From assembly GCF_009914755.1 (NCBI RefSeq), contig NC_060927.1: 64,000 nucleotides of DNA; one strand, 5' to 3'. The notes below the pieces were generated by a model. That model searched no databases and was not told where the DNA came from. It saw nothing but the letters and a program-made list of their open reading frames with translations. Shown piece after piece: positions 61,626-64,000 of the stretch (position 1 is its first letter; the number at the start of each line of letters is the position of its first letter). Both the position numbers and the translations under genes were made by a program. The DNA comes from the human T2T-CHM13v2.0 reference genome, Homo sapiens.

Positions 61626-63173
61626 TTTCCTGGGAAAAGGTCTTTATTTTTTCCTCTTTAGAATCGTGCTAAAGAGCTAAATGAGGGACACGAATATTCC
61701 CAGGGACTCAGTCATTTTCACTCAGTCATGTTTGCTTCACTGTTCTTTTCTCAGTGTTAAGGTTCTGTTACTGAACTTCATTTTGGCAAGAATAACAATA
61801 CCATTGCTGTCTTTTATCAAAATGATAATTAATATAAGTAAAAATGAATCTATGAATTCAGTATCCTAGCTAAACAGAGAAGTAAAATTAACCATTCTTT
61901 CCCAATTTTAAAATGTAATTGTATTTTTCTTCCATTTTAAAATCTAATTATTATTGATATAGCAAAAATAACATAGATGAACATTTAAGTTATTAAAACA
62001 AATGTATCTTCTTTGTATTATGTTTTAAGTGTAGAATAGACAGTTTTTGTTCAATCAACATAATTAATAGCTGATGGTCCTGATGATACAGTTTAAGAAT
62101 CTTTGAGGGTTTTTAAAATTTTAGCAAAATTGTAATGGCTTAAAAAATACCACCCACCTTATAAATTAACACTCTTTACTGGATGATTATGTATCCATTT
62201 GGCAAAATGTAATCAAAATGTTATGTGAGGTAAATTCTATAAGGAGTTGTTCTTTCAATTTGGAGATCTGATTAATGACTTATCGAGGGTAACAGAATGT
62301 GGATAAAGGGACAGTAGATATTAACTATTATTATTATTTTCTTTGGAGGGAGAAAAAACAATTTCTGAATAAATGTGCAGCATCAAGTGAATTTTTAAAA
62401 TGAAGCCATGTTAAAAATAGTTTGATGCTATTGCTTTTATGTATACAGTTTTATATTTTGTATGCATATGTATTTGTAGTCTTTTGCCAGCAATTGTAAC
62501 ATACACATACATATACATACAATACAGAAATATTCCTTATTTTGTAAAGATGTGTGTGCATGGGGGGAGGGTTAGTGCTGTGTTTTTCCATTGCATGGAA
62601 TAGAATGTGTCTTGCTGTAGGACTTGGATAAACGTCTGGCTGCTTCTCTTCGCCTGGGGAGTCACATGAATGTCCACAGTTGCCAAAGTGCTTTGGGATC
62701 ACTTAGGCTAAAAGATGCTATTTATTGTGAAGCTATCTCATTTCATTCCCAAGGGAATTTCATCATCTTGTATTTGTGAAAACTGTCAGTGTGTCTTTCT
62801 CAAAATGTAATTATCTGAAAGAAACAAACCAACACAGAGTGGACCTCTTGTCTTCAAAGTCATTTTATTAAGAGTAAATTAGACTGGAAAAATGATTGCC
62901 TAAAATGCATTTTCAATAGATTGCTGTCTAAAATGCATTTTCAATAGATTGCTGTCAGGCTTGCTACCTGTCAAACAGAGAGGCCTGAAGTTTCATAGTG
63001 ACATATGGATTAGCCCAGTCTTCCCTACAGGGTGAAAACAAAAGACAATTGGTGATGCATGGGGCAAACTCATCTTAAAACAGAGATATCAACAAAGGAA
63101 TATGACAGCATGAAAAGACAGAGTGCAGTCTGCTGTCCACATTCGCAAAGAGATTCTGTCTGAATCCATAACT

Positions 63174-63921
63174 TCAATACACTAAGAGACAGAAAAAGAG
63201 AAAATACACATTAAGTATAATTGTTTATCGGGTACTTCATTTTAACAAATGCTGAATTTCATTCTCTAAATGGAAAACAAGTGGGAACAATGGATAGAAT
63301 GAATGACATTATAAAAAGTTATTACAAAGAGCCATATGAAATTAGAGTTATTTGATTTAAAAAAAATCATTCCTCATAGAGACTTGAATGTTCAAATTTC
63401 TCATCCACCAATCAATTTGAAAAGAAAGGCTTAAACTCACAAAAGAATCTCAAGAGCAAAACCTTTTCCAGGTTAGAGCTTAACTAAACTGGTGAGGTCA
63501 TTTAGTTCAGAGTTGGCTTGGGGAAAAAGTACATATCAAAGTTGAAGAAAATCCTACAGATCTGCTTAGGTCTGGGAAAATACAGTATGGATTTTTTTTT
63601 TTTAACATCCCATGTGAACAATTACATAGAACACTTGTCCGACCAGCAACTTTCAATTAAATAGAAATGAAAGTTACTCTAATAGCCATTTTAATCCATA
63701 TATCCTAAGGGACTCAACAAACAAGTGTAATAACACAATGCAAAATTTAGTAAAGGAAAATGGTGCATTGAATTACAGAAACTGCTGGCTTTCTAAGCTT
63801 GGGATTAGATGCTATAAAACCAAAGTAAGGTTGTTTTGTAGTTACACAGTACTCACTGGAGAACCATGCAGAGCTCAGTAGTAAAAATTCAGCAAAGGGC
63901 ACCTTTGGCTTATTATATATC
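63174..63921 (-). CDS. Candidate last two coding exons (63921-63857 and 63181-63174) of a gene entering from the right edge
   Basis: ttctttcag|65 nt|gtgagt has a single open frame, IYNKPKVPFAEFLLLSSAWFS. It splices in phase 1 to tttttctgtctcttag|TG TAT TGA, giving ...MY*. Confidence 0.45.
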
Positions 63922-64000
63922 CTGAAAGAATTTGCTAAGGGACAGGGGTCAGTGATGACTGTTGGGTTTTTTGTTGTTGTTTTGGTTTCGTTTTTGTTTT

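Overview
Primate (human-like) AT-rich genomic DNA. About half of it is interspersed repeat: old L1s, two full-length MaLR/MST proviruses, Alus, L2/MIR/L3, DNA-transposon relics and a MER11 solo LTR. There is no intact protein-coding gene, and most listed ORFs are repeat-derived or chance. Main observations: (1) Reading the minus strand across stops and frameshifts shows a heavily decayed multi-exon leucine-rich-repeat (LRR) gene from ~56.4 kb down to ~28.0 kb. It has many 23-aa-type LRR relics and several GT-AG, phase-compatible exons, and is a candidate unitary pseudogene. (2) A 7.3-kb SATR1/SATR2-type palindromic satellite sits inside an AluJ whose two ends and target-site duplication (TSD) survive on either side. 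That Alu itself interrupts an LRR exon. (3) A 203-bp copy of the satellite's right junction was pasted into an AluY 2 kb away with microhomologies, and a second 45-bp templated insertion lies in an L1. (4) There is a strong CTCF motif and probable terminal exons of a minus-strand gene at the right edge. Repeat subfamily names come from recalled consensus sequences, and many boundaries are approximate.
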